A stretch of DNA of 64,000 nucleotides, from NCBI GenBank assembly GCA_017469445.1, contig JAFUGK010000007.1, positions 111,058 through 175,057 on the forward strand, read 5' to 3'. The number at the start of each line of letters is the position of its first letter. Within the stretch, counting starts at the first letter, position 1. The notes beneath the pieces are model-generated. The model was given only the letters and a program-made list of their open reading frames with translations, did not search any database and was not told the DNA's origin. The DNA is from Clostridia bacterium. Lineage in GTDB: Bacteria; Bacillota; Clostridia; TANB77; CAG-508. This document shows, piece by piece, positions 41,393-52,389 of the stretch. Made by a program: the position numbers and the translations under genes.

Positions 41393-41611
41393 ATGGATGA
41401 ACCAAAAAACAAATTAAATAATGTAAGTGTTGGACAAATGGGTGTTGATGAAGAAGAAAATTTTTACTTTGGTTTACATCCAATGATGCCAAGAAAATAT
41501 AATGCAGTTCAAAGAGCTAAATTAAGAGAGTTTGAACGAGAATTACTTACAGACTCAAAAGATAAAAATGTTAAAGTAAAAATTAACCTAGAAGAAGATA
41601 TCGAGAGATAA
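41393..41611 (+). CDS. hypothetical 72-aa protein inserted between rplW and rplB
   Basis: RBS aggggt 6 nt upstream; genic codon usage; the rplW-rplB gap is ~290 nt versus the usual <60 nt. Confidence 0.4.
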   Translation: MDEPKNKLNNVSVGQMGVDEEENFYFGLHPMMPRKYNAVQRAKLREFERELLTDSKDKNVKVKINLEEDIER

Positions 41612-41682
41612 CTCGGATAATAAATAATAGCTGCAGTGGAGCAGGAAAACAAACCACAAATATGTAAAAGGAGAGAATTAAT

Positions 41683-42510
41683 ATGGGTATAAAACATTAC
41701 AAACCAACAACACCATCAACAAGAAATATGACTTCATTATCATATGAAGAAATTACAAAAAAGACACCTGAAAAATCTTTGTTAGCTAAAAAGAAGAAAA
41801 ATGCAGGTAGAAACTCATATGGAAGAATAACAGTAAGACATCAAGGTGGTGGAAACAGACAAAAATACAGAATAATAGATTTTAAACGTCAAAAAGATGA
41901 TGTAGTTGCAACTGTAATAGGAATAGAATATGATCCTAACAGAAGTGCAAACATTGCATTAATAGAATATGAAGATGGAGTAAAAAGTTATATTTTAGCT
42001 CCAATAGGATTAAAAGATGGAGATAAGGTAGTATCAGGAGTAAACGTAGATATAAAACCTGGAAATTGCCTTCCAATAGAAAATATACCTGTAGGTACTA
42101 TGATTCATAATATAGAATTAAACCCAGGTCAAGGAGGAAAATTAGTTAGAGCTGCAGGACAAGAAGCTCAACTTATGGCAAAAGAAGGAAAATATGCTCA
42201 CGTAAGACTTCCATCTGGAGAAATGAGACTTATAATGGCTAGATGCAGAGCAACAATTGGAACAATTGGTAACTCTGATTATGAAAATGTCAAATTAGGA
42301 AAAGCAGGAAGAAAAGTTCATTTAGGAATTAGACCTACAGTTAGAGGTTCTGCAATGAACCCTAATGATCACCCTCATGGTGGTGGTGAAGGTAAAGCAC
42401 CAGTTGGTAGACCAGGACCATTAACTCCTTGGGGTAAACCAGCATTAGGATACAAAACAAGAAAGAGAAATAAACAATCTAATAAGTTTATAGTTAAGAG
42501 AAGAAAGTAA
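41683..42510 (+). CDS. rplB: 50S ribosomal protein L2
   Basis: 275 aa; [16 protein letters not shown]. Confidence 0.95.
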   Translation: MGIKHYKPTTPSTRNMTSLSYEEITKKTPEKSLLAKKKKNAGRNSYGRITVRHQGGGNRQKYRIIDFKRQKDDVVATVIGIEYDPNRSANIALIEYEDGVKSYILAPIGLKDGDKVVSGVNVDIKPGNCLPIENIPVGTMIHNIELNPGQGGKLVRAAGQEAQLMAKEGKYAHVRLPSGEMRLIMARCRATIGTIGNSDYENVKLGKAGRKVHLGIRPTVRGSAMNPNDHPHGGGEGKAPVGRPGPLTPWGKPALGYKTRKRNKQSNKFIVKRRK

Positions 42511-42530
42511 GATAAGGAGGTAAATCCGTA

Positions 42531-42809
42531 ATGTCAAGATCAAGCAAAAAGAAACCATTTGTAGCACCAGAATTATTAAAGAGAATCGAAGCTATGAATG
42601 AAACTGGTAAAAAAGATGTTTTAAAGACATGGTCAAGAGCATCTACAATATATCCTCAAATGGTAGGACATACAATAGCTGTTCATGATGGAAGAAAACA
42701 TGTACCTATTTATATTTCAGAAGAAATGATAGGTCATAAATTAGGTGAATTTGCACCAACAAGAACTTTCAAAGGCCATTCAGGAGAAAAAACAACTGAA
42801 GTTAAATAA
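42531..42809 (+). CDS. rpsS: 30S ribosomal protein S19
   Basis: 92 aa; [27 protein letters not shown]. Confidence 0.95.
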   Translation: MSRSSKKKPFVAPELLKRIEAMNETGKKDVLKTWSRASTIYPQMVGHTIAVHDGRKHVPIYISEEMIGHKLGEFAPTRTFKGHSGEKTTEVK

Positions 42810-42871
42810 AAAATAAAAGGTGACCATATAAAAGATGTGTCCCCTTACAAAGAAGCAAGGAGGGAAATATC

Positions 42872-43240
42872 GTGGCAGAAATGCAAGAAAAAGAAGTAAA
42901 AGTAGAAGCAAGAGCAGAATTAAAGTATGCTAGAATTTCAAACAGAAAAGTTAAAATTGTAGCAGATTTAATTAGAGGAAAAAATGCTCAAGAAGCTTTA
43001 GCAATAGTTAAATTTACACCAAAAGCATCTTCAGAAATTATAGAAAAATTGTTAAAATCAGCTATGGCAAATGCTGAAAATAACCATAAAATGGACGTAA
43101 ATAAGTTATATGTTGCTGAAATATATGCAAACCAAGGCCCTACATTAAAAAGAATTAGACCAGCTGCAAAAGGTTCAGCAGTAAGAATTAGAAAGAGAAC
43201 AAGTCATATAACAATAGTTTTAAGAGAAAAAGAAGATTAA
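42872..43240 (+). CDS. rplV: 50S ribosomal protein L22
   Basis: GTG start 7 nt after RBS aaggaggg; [10 protein letters not shown]. Confidence 0.92.
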   Translation: MAEMQEKEVKVEARAELKYARISNRKVKIVADLIRGKNAQEALAIVKFTPKASSEIIEKLLKSAMANAENNHKMDVNKLYVAEIYANQGPTLKRIRPAAKGSAVRIRKRTSHITIVLREKED

Positions 43241-43262
43241 TAAGAAGGAGGAATCTTAAAAA

Positions 43263-43925
43263 ATGGGACAAAAAATGCATCCACATGGATTAAGAGTAGG
43301 TGTTATTAAAGATTGGAACTCAAAATGGTATGCAGATTCTAAAAACTTTAGTGATTATCTAATAGAAGATTATAAAATCCGTGAATTACTTAAAAAGAAA
43401 CTATTTGCTGCAGGAATTTCTAAAATAGAAATCGAAAGAACAGCAAAATTAGTTAAAATTAATGTTTATACTGCTAAACCAGGATTAGTAATTGGTAAAG
43501 GCGGAAATCTAGCAGAAACAACAAAGCTAGAAGTGCAAAAAATGATAGGAAAAGAAGTTAGCCTAAATATAGTAGAGGTTAAGAATGTAGATTTAGATGC
43601 ACAATTAGTTGCAGAAAATATTTGTGCTCAACTTGAAAAGAGAATATCTTTTAGAAGAGCAATGAAACAAGCAATGCAAAAAACAATGAAAGCAGGAGCT
43701 CTAGGAATTAAAACATCAGTATCTGGAAGATTAGGCGGAGCTGATATGGCAAGAACAGAGTTCTATAAAGAAGGTACAATTCCTTTACAAACTTTAAGAG
43801 CTGATATAGATTATGGATTCTATGAAGCTGATACAACTTATGGAAAAATAGGTGTTAAGGTTTGGATATATAAAGGTGAAGTACTAGGTAAGAAAAAAGT
43901 AGAAACAGAGGGAGGCGAAGCATAA
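43263..43925 (+). CDS. rpsC: 30S ribosomal protein S3
   Basis: [18 protein letters not shown]; KH domain. Confidence 0.95.
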   Translation: MGQKMHPHGLRVGVIKDWNSKWYADSKNFSDYLIEDYKIRELLKKKLFAAGISKIEIERTAKLVKINVYTAKPGLVIGKGGNLAETTKLEVQKMIGKEVSLNIVEVKNVDLDAQLVAENICAQLEKRISFRRAMKQAMQKTMKAGALGIKTSVSGRLGGADMARTEFYKEGTIPLQTLRADIDYGFYEADTTYGKIGVKVWIYKGEVLGKKKVETEGGEA

Positions 43926-44368
43926 TGCCAGTAATGCCAAAAAGAAGTAAATATAGAAAAATGCAAAAAGGTAGAAATAGAGGAAAAGCAACAAGAGGTA
44001 CAAAAGTATCTGATGGAGAATATGGCTTACAAGCTTTAGAAGCTGGCTGGATCACTTCAAATCAAATAGAAGCAGCCCGTGTAGCTATGACTCGTTTCAT
44101 AAAAAGAGGTGGAAAAGTTTGGATAAAAGTTTTCCCAGATAAGCCAATAACAAAGAAACCAGCTGAAACTCGTATGGGTAAAGGTAAAGGTGCTCCAGAA
44201 TATTGGGTAGCAGTTGTAAAACCAGGAAGAGTAATGTTTGAAATAGCAGGAGTTACAGAAGAAACTGCTAGAGAAGCTCTAAGGTTAGCAATGCATAAAC
44301 TACCTGTAAAAGCTAAATTTGTTAGCAAAGAAAATGAAGTAGGTGGTGATAGTGATGAAGATAAATAA
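43925..44368 (+). CDS. rplP: 50S ribosomal protein L16
   Basis: 147 aa; ATGA overlap with rpsC. Confidence 0.95.
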   Translation: MPVMPKRSKYRKMQKGRNRGKATRGTKVSDGEYGLQALEAGWITSNQIEAARVAMTRFIKRGGKVWIKVFPDKPITKKPAETRMGKGKGAPEYWVAVVKPGRVMFEIAGVTEETAREALRLAMHKLPVKAKFVSKENEVGGDSDEDK

Positions 44369-44558
44369 AATAAGAGAAATGTCTTCACCAGAGCTAGAAA
44401 AGGAACTAGAAGAATTAAAATCTGAATTATTTAAATTAAGATTTAGTCTAGCAACAAGTGGATTAGATAATCCTATGAAAATAAAAGAAGTAAGAAAAGA
44501 CATTGCTAAAATAAAGACAATTTTAAGACAAAGAGAATTAGAAGAGCAAAAAGCATAG
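44355..44558 (+). CDS. rpmC: 50S ribosomal protein L29
   Basis: [10 protein letters not shown]...[17 protein letters not shown]; start moved to ATG 44355. Confidence 0.9.
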   Translation: MKINKIREMSSPELEKELEELKSELFKLRFSLATSGLDNPMKIKEVRKDIAKIKTILRQRELEEQKA

Positions 44559-44592
44559 ATAATCTTATTTCTAAAAGAAAGGAGAAATTTCA

Positions 44593-44856
44593 ATGGCAGA
44601 GAGAAATCTTCGTAAAGTTATGATAGGAACAGTTACATCTGATAAAATGGATAAAACAGTAGTTGTATCAGTTGAAACTAATGTAAAACATAAATTATAC
44701 GGAAAAATAGTAAAAAGAACATATAAATTAAAAGCTCATGACGAAGAAAATGCATGCAAAGTTGGAGATAAAGTTAAAGTTATGGAAACAAGACCTCTTT
44801 CTAAAGATAAAAGATGGAGAGTTGTTGAAATAATGGAAAAGGCAGATGTAAAATAA
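44593..44856 (+). CDS. rpsQ: 30S ribosomal protein S17
   Basis: 87 aa; [16 protein letters not shown]. Confidence 0.95.
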   Translation: MAERNLRKVMIGTVTSDKMDKTVVVSVETNVKHKLYGKIVKRTYKLKAHDEENACKVGDKVKVMETRPLSKDKRWRVVEIMEKADVK

Positions 44857-44880
44857 AAATATAAAAAGGAGGACTATAGC

Positions 44881-45249
44881 ATGATACAGCAACAATCAAA
44901 ATTAAAAGTAGCTGACAACACTGGCGCAAGAGAAATTATGTGCATTAGATGTTTAGGCGGATCATATAGAAAATATGCTGAAATTGGTGATGTAATTATA
45001 GCTTCTGTTAAAGATGCTACACCAGGTGGCGTTGTTAAAAAAGGTGAAGTTGTAAAAGCAGTAGTAGTAAGAACAAAAAAAGGTGCTAGAAGAGCTGATG
45101 GTTCTTATATAAAATTTGATGAAAATGCAGCTGTAATTATAAAAGATGATGGAAATCCAAGAGGAACTCGTATATTTGGACCAGTTGCAAGAGAATTAAG
45201 AGATAAGAACTATATGAAGATATTATCATTAGCACCAGAAGTATTATAG
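44881..45249 (+). CDS. rplN: 50S ribosomal protein L14
   Basis: [23 protein letters not shown]. Confidence 0.95.
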   Translation: MIQQQSKLKVADNTGAREIMCIRCLGGSYRKYAEIGDVIIASVKDATPGGVVKKGEVVKAVVVRTKKGARRADGSYIKFDENAAVIIKDDGNPRGTRIFGPVARELRDKNYMKILSLAPEVL

Positions 45250-45313
45250 AGGCTAATGAAAAACGGCATCTTACGTCGTTAGAATTATAAATGAAAAGGA
45301 GGAGAATCCTGAA

Positions 45314-45622
45314 ATGAGAATAAAAAAAGGCGATACAGTTCAAGTTTTATCTGGAAATGATAAAGGAAAAACTGGAGAAGTTTTAGAAGTATTACCAAAA
45401 GCTGAAAAAGTAATAGCAAAAGGTATTAATGTTAGAAAAAAACATGTAAAACCTAGAAAACAAGGTGAAGAAGGCGGAATACTTAGCGTAGAATCTGCTA
45501 TACATGCAAGTAAATTAGCAGTAGTATGCCCAAAATGTAATAAGCCAACTAGAATAGGTATTGTAATAGAAAATGGTGAAAAATCACGTGTTTGCAAAAA
45601 ATGCGGAGCTAAATTAAAATAG
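45314..45622 (+). CDS. rplX: 50S ribosomal protein L24 (KOW domain; C-terminal CPKC...CKKC zinc-ribbon-like tail)
   Basis: MRIKKGDTVQVLSGNDKGKTGEV. Confidence 0.92.
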   Translation: MRIKKGDTVQVLSGNDKGKTGEVLEVLPKAEKVIAKGINVRKKHVKPRKQGEEGGILSVESAIHASKLAVVCPKCNKPTRIGIVIENGEKSRVCKKCGAKLK

Positions 45623-45643
45623 GAAGGAGGCTATTGAAAAATA

Positions 45644-46183
45644 ATGGAAAAACTAAGAGAACAATATGAAAAAGAAGTTGTACCTGCATTAATGAAAAAA
45701 TTTAATTATAAGTCTGTTATGCAAGTACCAAAATTAGAAAAGATCATAATAAATATAGGGTTAGGAGATATAAAAGATAATCCTAAAGCATTAGATAATG
45801 CTATGAATGATTTAAGCTTAATAACAGGACAACAACCTGTTGTAACAAAAGCTAAAAAATCAATAGCAGCATTTAAATTAAGAGAAGGAGCAAAAGTTGG
45901 ATGTAAAGTAACTTTAAGAAGTGGAAAAATGTATGATTTTGCATATAAATTATTCAATGTAGCACTTCCAAGAGTTAGAGATTTTAGAGGAGTATCAGCA
46001 AATTCTTTTGATGGTAGAGGAAACTATTCAATGGGCGTAAAAGAACAATTAATATTCCCAGAAATTGAATATGATAAAATAGATAAAATAAGAGGTATGG
46101 ATATTATATTCGTAACAACTGCTAAATCTGATGAAGAAGCAAAAGAATTATTAGCTCTTCTTGGAATGCCATTTAGAGTTTAA
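45644..46183 (+). CDS. rplE: 50S ribosomal protein L5
   Basis: 179 aa; conserved throughout. Confidence 0.95.
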   Translation: MEKLREQYEKEVVPALMKKFNYKSVMQVPKLEKIIINIGLGDIKDNPKALDNAMNDLSLITGQQPVVTKAKKSIAAFKLREGAKVGCKVTLRSGKMYDFAYKLFNVALPRVRDFRGVSANSFDGRGNYSMGVKEQLIFPEIEYDKIDKIRGMDIIFVTTAKSDEEAKELLALLGMPFRV

Positions 46184-46220
46184 AAATATCTAAACCTTAA
46201 AAAAGGAGGAATTAAAGCAA

Positions 46221-46406
46221 ATGGCTAAAAAATCAATGATTATAAAACAACAAAGAGACCCAAAATTCAAAACAAGATATTATAATAGATGTAAAATCTG
46301 TGGTAGACCACATGCTTATATAAGAAAATTTGGAATTTGCCGTATATGCTTTAGAGAATTAGCACATAAAGGCGAAATTCCAGGCGTAAAAAAAGCAAGT
46401 TGGTAA
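46221..46406 (+). CDS. rpsZ: 30S ribosomal protein S14 type Z (zinc-binding, 61 aa)
   Basis: [20 protein letters not shown]. Confidence 0.95.
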   Translation: MAKKSMIIKQQRDPKFKTRYYNRCKICGRPHAYIRKFGICRICFRELAHKGEIPGVKKASW

Positions 46407-46438
46407 AATAAAAATTTAAGAAGGAGGTAAGCACAAGA

Positions 46439-46837
46439 ATGAATATTACTGACCCAATTGCAGATATGTTAACTAGAATTAGAAATGCAAGTACATCTAA
46501 ATTCAAAACAGTTGATATACCAGCATCAAAAATGAAAAAATCAATAGCACAAATATTACTTGATGAAGGATACATAAAAGCTTTTGAAGAAATAGAAAAT
46601 GAAACACAAGGAATTATTAGAATAACACTAAAATATGATGAAAAAGGAAAAAGAGTAATAGCAGGTTTAAAGAGAATAAGTAAACCAGGACTTAGAATAT
46701 ATGCAGCAAAAGATGAGTTACCAAAAGTTTTAAATGGTTTAGGAATTGCTATAATCTCAACATCTCAAGGTGTTATGACAGATAGAGAAGCTAGAGCAAA
46801 AGGAATTGGCGGAGAAGTATTAGCTTATATTTGGTAG
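46439..46837 (+). CDS. rpsH: 30S ribosomal protein S8
   Basis: [17 protein letters not shown]. Confidence 0.95.
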   Translation: MNITDPIADMLTRIRNASTSKFKTVDIPASKMKKSIAQILLDEGYIKAFEEIENETQGIIRITLKYDEKGKRVIAGLKRISKPGLRIYAAKDELPKVLNGLGIAIISTSQGVMTDREARAKGIGGEVLAYIW

Positions 46838-46866
46838 AATATAAAAAGAATGGAGGAAAATTCAAG

Positions 46867-47406
46867 ATGTCAAGAATAGGAAACAAGGCAATAGAAATTC
46901 CAGCTGGAGTAGAAGTTACTATAGATGGAAACACTGTTACAGTAAAAGGTCCTAAAGGTTCAATGACAAAAGAATTTCATAAAAATATTGAAATTAAGAA
47001 AGAAGAAAATACAATAAAGTTAACAAGATGTGATGATGAACCAGAAAATAGAAGTTTACATGGACTAACAAGAACTTTAATTAATAATATGATTCTTGGT
47101 ACAACACAAGAATTTACTAGAGAATTACAAATTAATGGTGTTGGTTATAGAGCACAAAAAAGTGGTACAAAATTAGTACTTACACTAGGTTATTCACATC
47201 CAGTGGAGATGGAAGCACCTGCTGGTATTACTTTTGAAGTTCCAAACCCAAATACAGTAATTGTTAGAGGAATAGATAAAGAATTAGTTGGTCAAACAGC
47301 AGCTGTAATTAGAACAAAGAGACCACCAGAAGTATATAGAGGCAAAGGTATTAAATATGCTGAAGAAGTTATTAGACGTAAAGAAGGAAAAGCCGGCAAG
47401 AAATAG
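46867..47406 (+). CDS. rplF: 50S ribosomal protein L6
   Basis: [17 protein letters not shown]; start moved to ATG 46867 (RBS ggagga). Confidence 0.92.
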   Translation: MSRIGNKAIEIPAGVEVTIDGNTVTVKGPKGSMTKEFHKNIEIKKEENTIKLTRCDDEPENRSLHGLTRTLINNMILGTTQEFTRELQINGVGYRAQKSGTKLVLTLGYSHPVEMEAPAGITFEVPNPNTVIVRGIDKELVGQTAAVIRTKRPPEVYRGKGIKYAEEVIRRKEGKAGKK

Positions 47407-47423
47407 AATAAGGAGGTAAGTAA

Positions 47424-47783
47424 ATGATTACAAAAATAGATAGAAAAGCTGAAAGACAAAGAAGACATACAAGAGTTAGAACAAAAATATCTGGAACAGC
47501 AGAATGTCCAAGACTTTGTGTTTATAGAAGCAATAATAATCTATATGTCCAAATAATAGATGACGATAAAGCTCAAACATTAGTTAGTGCATCTACCTTA
47601 GAAAAAGAAATAAAAACAAAACACAGCAATAAAGAAGCTGCTAAAGAATTAGGAGCGCTAATTGCAAAAAAAGCTTTAGAAAAAAATATAAAAACAGTAG
47701 TTTTTGACAGAGGCGGATATATATATCATGGAGTAGTAAAAGAATTAGCAGATGCCGCAAGAGAAGGCGGACTTGAATTTTAA
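47424..47783 (+). CDS. rplR: 50S ribosomal protein L18
   Basis: 119 aa; [18 protein letters not shown]. Confidence 0.95.
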   Translation: MITKIDRKAERQRRHTRVRTKISGTAECPRLCVYRSNNNLYVQIIDDDKAQTLVSASTLEKEIKTKHSNKEAAKELGALIAKKALEKNIKTVVFDRGGYIYHGVVKELADAAREGGLEF

Positions 47784-47833
47784 TAGAAAAAAGGAGAGAA
47801 TCTTGAAAAATGACATCATTAGCTCATAAGAAT

Positions 47834-47945
47834 GGGGATTACATTGACCATGGGACATTTCTTAACAACAAAGAAATGACCATAGGGAAAGAAGTGTCCT
47901 AGGCTAAGTCATAAGTAAAGATGCGTCCCCTTACACTAGAAAAAA
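47834..47945. repeat. small palindromic repeat units (GGGGAC-N-TGACCATAGG-N-GTCCCC family) filling the unusually long rplR-rpsE spacer
   Basis: Tandem/nested units: ggggattacattgaccatgggacatttctt...aagaaatgaccatagggaaagaagtgtcc...taaagatgcgtccccttacac. Related copies at 42821-42850 and 51065-51120. Confidence 0.5.
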
Positions 47946-47956
47946 AGGAGGATAAC

Positions 47957-48445
47957 ATGGAAGATAATTCAGTAGAATTAAAAGAAAAAGTTGTTGCCAT
48001 AAACAGAGTTGCTAAAGTTGTTAAGGGTGGTAGAACTTTTAGATTTAGTGCACTAGTTGTAGTTGGAGATGAAAATGGTAATGTTGGTGTTGGAAATGGA
48101 AAAGCAGCAGAAGTTCCAGATGCTATAAAGAAAGCAATCGAAGAAGCTAAAAAGAACTTAATTCAAGTTCCAATAGTAGGAACAACAATACCACATGAAT
48201 ATGTTGGAAAATTTGGAAGTGCTAGTGTTTTATTAAAACCAGGAGAAAAAGGTAGTGGACTTATTGCTGGTGGTAGCGTAAGACCAGTACTAGAACTTGC
48301 TGGATATAGAGATATAAAAACAAAGGTTATTGGAACAAATAATCCAAGAAATGTTGTATATGCTACAATGAATGCTCTTGAAAACATGAAGACAGCAGAA
48401 GAAATTGCAAAGAAAAGAGGAAAAAAAGTAGAAGAAATACTTTAA
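47957..48445 (+). CDS. rpsE: 30S ribosomal protein S5
   Basis: start moved to ATG 47957 (RBS aaggagga); [22 protein letters not shown]. Confidence 0.92.
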   Translation: MEDNSVELKEKVVAINRVAKVVKGGRTFRFSALVVVGDENGNVGVGNGKAAEVPDAIKKAIEEAKKNLIQVPIVGTTIPHEYVGKFGSASVLLKPGEKGSGLIAGGSVRPVLELAGYRDIKTKVIGTNNPRNVVYATMNALENMKTAEEIAKKRGKKVEEIL

Positions 48446-48489
48446 TTTTAAGTATTTGCTTAAGAGATAAATAGGAGGTGCAAACGTAA

Positions 48490-48924
48490 ATGAAATTAGG
48501 AGAATTAAAGCCAGCAGTAAAAAAAGAAACAAGAAAAAGAGTAGGACGTGGAGTTGGTTCAGGACTTGGAAAAACTTCTGGTAAAGGACATAAAGGTCAA
48601 AAAGCAAGATCAGGTGGCGGAGTAAGACGTGGTTTTGAAGGAGGCCAAACACCTTTATATAGAAGATTACCAAAAAGAGGATTTACAAATATACATGCTA
48701 AAACTTATACAGAAGTAACTTTAACAATGCTTAATAAAGCAACAACAGAAGAAGTTACAGCAGAAAGTTTATTAGCAGATGGAATAATAACAAAAATAAA
48801 TGACGGAATTGTTGTACTTGCAACAGGAAATTTAGAGAAAAAACTTACTGTTAAAGCAAAAAGATTTACTAAATCTGCACAAGAGAAAATAGAAGCTCTT
48901 GGTGGAAAGACAGAGGTGATTTAG
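48490..48924 (+). CDS. rplO: 50S ribosomal protein L15
   Basis: 144 aa; [24 protein letters not shown]. Confidence 0.95.
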   Translation: MKLGELKPAVKKETRKRVGRGVGSGLGKTSGKGHKGQKARSGGGVRRGFEGGQTPLYRRLPKRGFTNIHAKTYTEVTLTMLNKATTEEVTAESLLADGIITKINDGIVVLATGNLEKKLTVKAKRFTKSAQEKIEALGGKTEVI

Positions 48925-50250
48925 TTGTTTAAAACGATAAAAAATGCACTTAAAACTCCTGATGTTAGAAAGAGATTATTATATGTATTATTATTAATAG
49001 TTATTTTTAGATTAGGATGTTATATAGCAGTACCAGGAGTTGATACTATATCTTTAAATGAGCAGATGAATTCATCTGCAAATGGAATTGCAGGATTAAT
49101 AGATATAATTTCTGGTGGAGCTTTTTCTAGATTATCAATATTTGCAATGTCAATAACACCATATATTACAGCATCAATAGTAATTCAATTACTAGGAATG
49201 ATAATACCTTCATTGGAGAAAATGATGAAGGAAGGTGGAGAAGCTGGAAGAGCAAAAGTTAATAAATACACAAAAGCTCTTACAATAGTATTATCTACTG
49301 TTGAAGCAGCTGGTATTTATATATCATATCAAAGTACTGGAATATTTATAAATCCAGGATTTATGACAGGGCTTACTGTAGTATTAAGTTTAGTAGCAGG
49401 AACATCTATACTTATGTGGTTAGGTGAACAAATTACTGAAAAAGGAATAGGAAATGGAATATCAACACTAATTTTCGTTGGTATTATAGCTGGATTACCT
49501 AGCTTCATAATAACATTATTTAGAATGGTATTTACAAGTGCAGGGCTTGATACAGCTGGTTTAATTACAGCCCTTGGATTACTAGTTGGAGCTATAATAT
49601 TGATAGCAGGTGTTGTATTTGTTCAACAATCAGAAAGAAGAGTACCAGTGCAATATGCTAAAAAAGTAGTGGGAAGAAAAATGTATGGTGGACAAAGTAC
49701 ACATATTCCTTTAAAACTTGCTATGGCAGGTGTTATGCCTATAATATTTGCTTCAGCATTTATGACATTCCCAGCAATGTTTTTACAAATATTTGTAAAA
49801 GATATTGCTACTCAAACAGGATTTTGGAATGGGGTGTATAAGTTCTCAATAGCAACTTCTACATCACAAGGAATTCCTATTGGATATTCAATAGCTAATG
49901 CTATAGTATATTTATTACTTATTGTAGGATTTACATTTTTCTATACATATGCTACATTTAATCCAGCAGAAGTGTCTAGTAATATTAAGAAAAATGGTGG
50001 ATTTATACCAGGAATAAGAGCTGGAAAACCAACAACAGATTATTTATCATCAATAATATCTAAATTAACATGGTTTGGAGCAGTGTTCTTAGCAATAATT
50101 GCTATATTACCTATGTTAATTAGATTTACAAATTTAAATATCGCATTTGGTGGAACATCTATACTTATCGTGGTAGGAGTTGCACTAGAAATAGTTCAAC
50201 AATTAGAATCACAATTAGTAATGAGACATTACAAGGGATTCTTAGAATAA
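48925..50250 (+). CDS. secY: preprotein translocase subunit SecY
   Basis: TTG start, 10 TM, 441 aa. Confidence 0.95.
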   Translation: MFKTIKNALKTPDVRKRLLYVLLLIVIFRLGCYIAVPGVDTISLNEQMNSSANGIAGLIDIISGGAFSRLSIFAMSITPYITASIVIQLLGMIIPSLEKMMKEGGEAGRAKVNKYTKALTIVLSTVEAAGIYISYQSTGIFINPGFMTGLTVVLSLVAGTSILMWLGEQITEKGIGNGISTLIFVGIIAGLPSFIITLFRMVFTSAGLDTAGLITALGLLVGAIILIAGVVFVQQSERRVPVQYAKKVVGRKMYGGQSTHIPLKLAMAGVMPIIFASAFMTFPAMFLQIFVKDIATQTGFWNGVYKFSIATSTSQGIPIGYSIANAIVYLLLIVGFTFFYTYATFNPAEVSSNIKKNGGFIPGIRAGKPTTDYLSSIISKLTWFGAVFLAIIAILPMLIRFTNLNIAFGGTSILIVVGVALEIVQQLESQLVMRHYKGFLE

Positions 50251-50261
50251 TGAAGAAAAAT

Positions 50262-50357
50262 ATCATAGGGCAAATATTAAAATATGTTTGCCCTGTATGA
50301 TTTTTTCAAAACATATTTTTTCAATGTGCTTTGAAAAAATATGTTTTGAAAAAATCA
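50262..50357. promoter_or_regulatory. secY-adk spacer: short hairpin followed by a perfect 24-bp inverted repeat
   Basis: Hairpin agggcaaa...tttgccct (50262-50296). Then tgattttttcaaaacatatttttt (50298-50321) and its exact reverse complement (50334-50357), separated by a 12-nt loop. Confidence 0.5.
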
Positions 50358-50377
50358 TACAGGTAGGAGGAAGAATT

Positions 50378-51031
50378 ATGATATTAATAATGCTTGGTGC
50401 ACCTGGTGCAGGTAAAGGAACATTAGGAAAGAAATTATCGAGAATGATTGGAGCTAGGTATATAGCTAGCGGAGATGTATTTAGAAAAATTATGGAGAAA
50501 GATACACCTCAAGGAAATGAAATAAAAAAATATATGGAAAAGGGAAAACTTGTACCAGATGATCTTGCAATAGAAATATTCATGTCAAAAATTTTACCAA
50601 AAGACTTAACAAGAGATATCCTTTTAGATGGATATCCACGTACAAAGAAACAAGCAGAACATTTAGATAAAATCCTTGAAGAAAGAAAAGCTAAAGTTAC
50701 AGCAGTAGTATCATTAGATGTATCTAATGAGTTAATTATAGATAGATTAATAAACAGAAGAATATGCCCAGAATGTGGTGAAATATACAATTTGAAATAT
50801 GGTAAAAGACCTAAACAAGAAGGAATATGTGATAGCTGTGGAACTAAATTGGTACAAAGAATTGATGATAATGAAGAAACTATAAAAGATAGATTAACAA
50901 CATATGAAATTACAACAAAACCACTTATTACATACTATAAAAAGCAAGGCAAACTAAAACATATTGAAGCATTTGCTGATACATCAGTAGAAGAACTAGT
51001 GCAAAAAACATTACTAGAATTAGCAAAGTAA
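50378..51031 (+). CDS. adk: adenylate kinase (with Cys4 zinc lid)
   Basis: MILIMLGAPGAGKGT P-loop; CPECG...CDSCG lid; start moved to ATG 50378. Confidence 0.95.
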   Translation: MILIMLGAPGAGKGTLGKKLSRMIGARYIASGDVFRKIMEKDTPQGNEIKKYMEKGKLVPDDLAIEIFMSKILPKDLTRDILLDGYPRTKKQAEHLDKILEERKAKVTAVVSLDVSNELIIDRLINRRICPECGEIYNLKYGKRPKQEGICDSCGTKLVQRIDDNEETIKDRLTTYEITTKPLITYYKKQGKLKHIEAFADTSVEELVQKTLLELAK

Positions 51032-51064
51032 ATTTGAAAACTGACATTACTAGTTCATAAGCAA

Positions 51065-51120
51065 GGGGACATATCTTGTCCATATAGGAATGACCATAGG
51101 TAAAGATGTGCCCCCTTACA
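51065..51120. repeat. palindromic repeat unit (ggggacatatctt-N26-aagatgtgccccc) immediately upstream of map RBS
   Basis: 13-bp terminal inverted repeats; internal tgaccatagg box shared with copies at 42821 and 47887. Confidence 0.5.
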
Positions 51121-51139
51121 AATAAAGAAAGGAATAAAA

Positions 51140-51910
51140 ATGGTATATATAAATTCTAAAAAAGAAATTGAATTGATGCGTGAAGCATGTAGACTTACAT
51201 ATTTAACTCATAAAGAAATAGAAAAAAATATAAAACCAGGAATAACAACATGGGAGTTAGATAAAATAGCAGAAAAATTCATAAAAGACTGTAAGGCTAT
51301 TCCTGCACAAAAAGGTTATCCAAGTGGTGTAAGAGGAATACCAGATTTTCCAGCTACACTATGTATATCTATAAATGATGAAGTAATACATGGTATACCA
51401 TCTAAAAAGGTACAATTAAAGGATGGAGATGTTGTTAGTATAGATTTAGTAGTATTAAAGGATGGATTCCATGGCGATGCGGCTAGAACATATATCGTTG
51501 GAACACCAACAAAAGAAAAACAAAGATTATTAGATGTTACAAAACAAGCATTTTTTGAAGGAATTAAACAAGCAGTTCCAGGGAATAGAATTGGCGATGT
51601 ATCACATGCGATTGGAGAATATGTAAAAAAGAATGGATATTCAGTAGTAAGAGAATTTCAAGGCCACGGAATTGGTAGAGAAATGCATCAAGACCCAGGT
51701 ATTCCTAATTATGGAAAGGCAGGAAAAGGTGTAAGACTAGAACCTGGAATGACATTAGCAATAGAACCAATGGTAATACAAGGAAAACCAGATATTTTGG
51801 AATTAGAAGATGGATGGACAATTGTAACAGAAGATGGTAGTCTATCTGCACATTATGAAAATACAATTTTAATAACAGAAAATGAGCCAGAAATATTGAC
51901 AATCTTATAA
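51140..51910 (+). CDS. map: type I methionyl aminopeptidase
   Basis: 256 aa; metal ligands D...D...H...E...E pattern (FHGDAART, HGIG). Confidence 0.93.
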   Translation: MVYINSKKEIELMREACRLTYLTHKEIEKNIKPGITTWELDKIAEKFIKDCKAIPAQKGYPSGVRGIPDFPATLCISINDEVIHGIPSKKVQLKDGDVVSIDLVVLKDGFHGDAARTYIVGTPTKEKQRLLDVTKQAFFEGIKQAVPGNRIGDVSHAIGEYVKKNGYSVVREFQGHGIGREMHQDPGIPNYGKAGKGVRLEPGMTLAIEPMVIQGKPDILELEDGWTIVTEDGSLSAHYENTILITENEPEILTIL

Positions 51911-51977
51911 TTTTATTATATACTATATTAGCTATATGCAAAAAAATGGATAAATCTTTTCAAGGAGGGGAAAAGAC

Positions 51978-52196
51978 TTGGCAAAAGAGGATGTTATAGA
52001 AGTTGAAGGTACTGTTGTAGAAGCATTACCAAATACTAATTTTAAAGTAAAACTAGAAAATGGTCATGAAGTTTTGGCACATATTTCTGGTAAATTAAGA
52101 ATGAATTATATAAAAATACTTCCAGGTGATAAAGTAAAACTTGAATTGTCACCATATGATTTAACAAGAGGACGTATTACTTGGAGAGATAAATAA
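51978..52196 (+). CDS. infA: translation initiation factor IF-1
   Basis: TTG start; [18 protein letters not shown]; 72 aa. Confidence 0.93.
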   Translation: MAKEDVIEVEGTVVEALPNTNFKVKLENGHEVLAHISGKLRMNYIKILPGDKVKLELSPYDLTRGRITWRDK

Positions 52197-52275
52197 TATA
52201 TAATTGTTAGAAGAGATTTGAATTAACCCGCCTGTCTCTTATACTAACTTCTAGAATTTTTAGGAGGTGTAATAA

Positions 52276-52389
52276 ATGAAGGTAAGACCATCAGTTAAAA
52301 AGATGTGTGAAAAATGTAAAGTAATCAAAAGAAAAGGTGTCATAAGAGTTATTTGTGAAAATCCAAAGCATAAGCAAAGACAAGGATAA
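52276..52389 (+). CDS. rpmJ: 50S ribosomal protein L36
   Basis: [37 protein letters not shown]; RBS taggaggtg; not in ORF track (37 aa). Confidence 0.93.
   Translation: MKVRPSVKKMCEKCKVIKRKGVIRVICENPKHKQRQG

Noticed and set aside
45314-45622. Zinc-ribbon-like Cys pairs in L24 and S4, Lys-rich extension in L17, extension in L23
   Set aside because: These are lineage-specific r-protein variants known in Firmicutes, not novel features.
47810-47899. 29-codon ORF with RBS in rplR-rpsE spacer
   Set aside because: It lies entirely within the repeated palindromic element. The homologous copy upstream of map has CTG instead of ATG and an early stop. The peptide similarity is a by-product of the DNA repeat.
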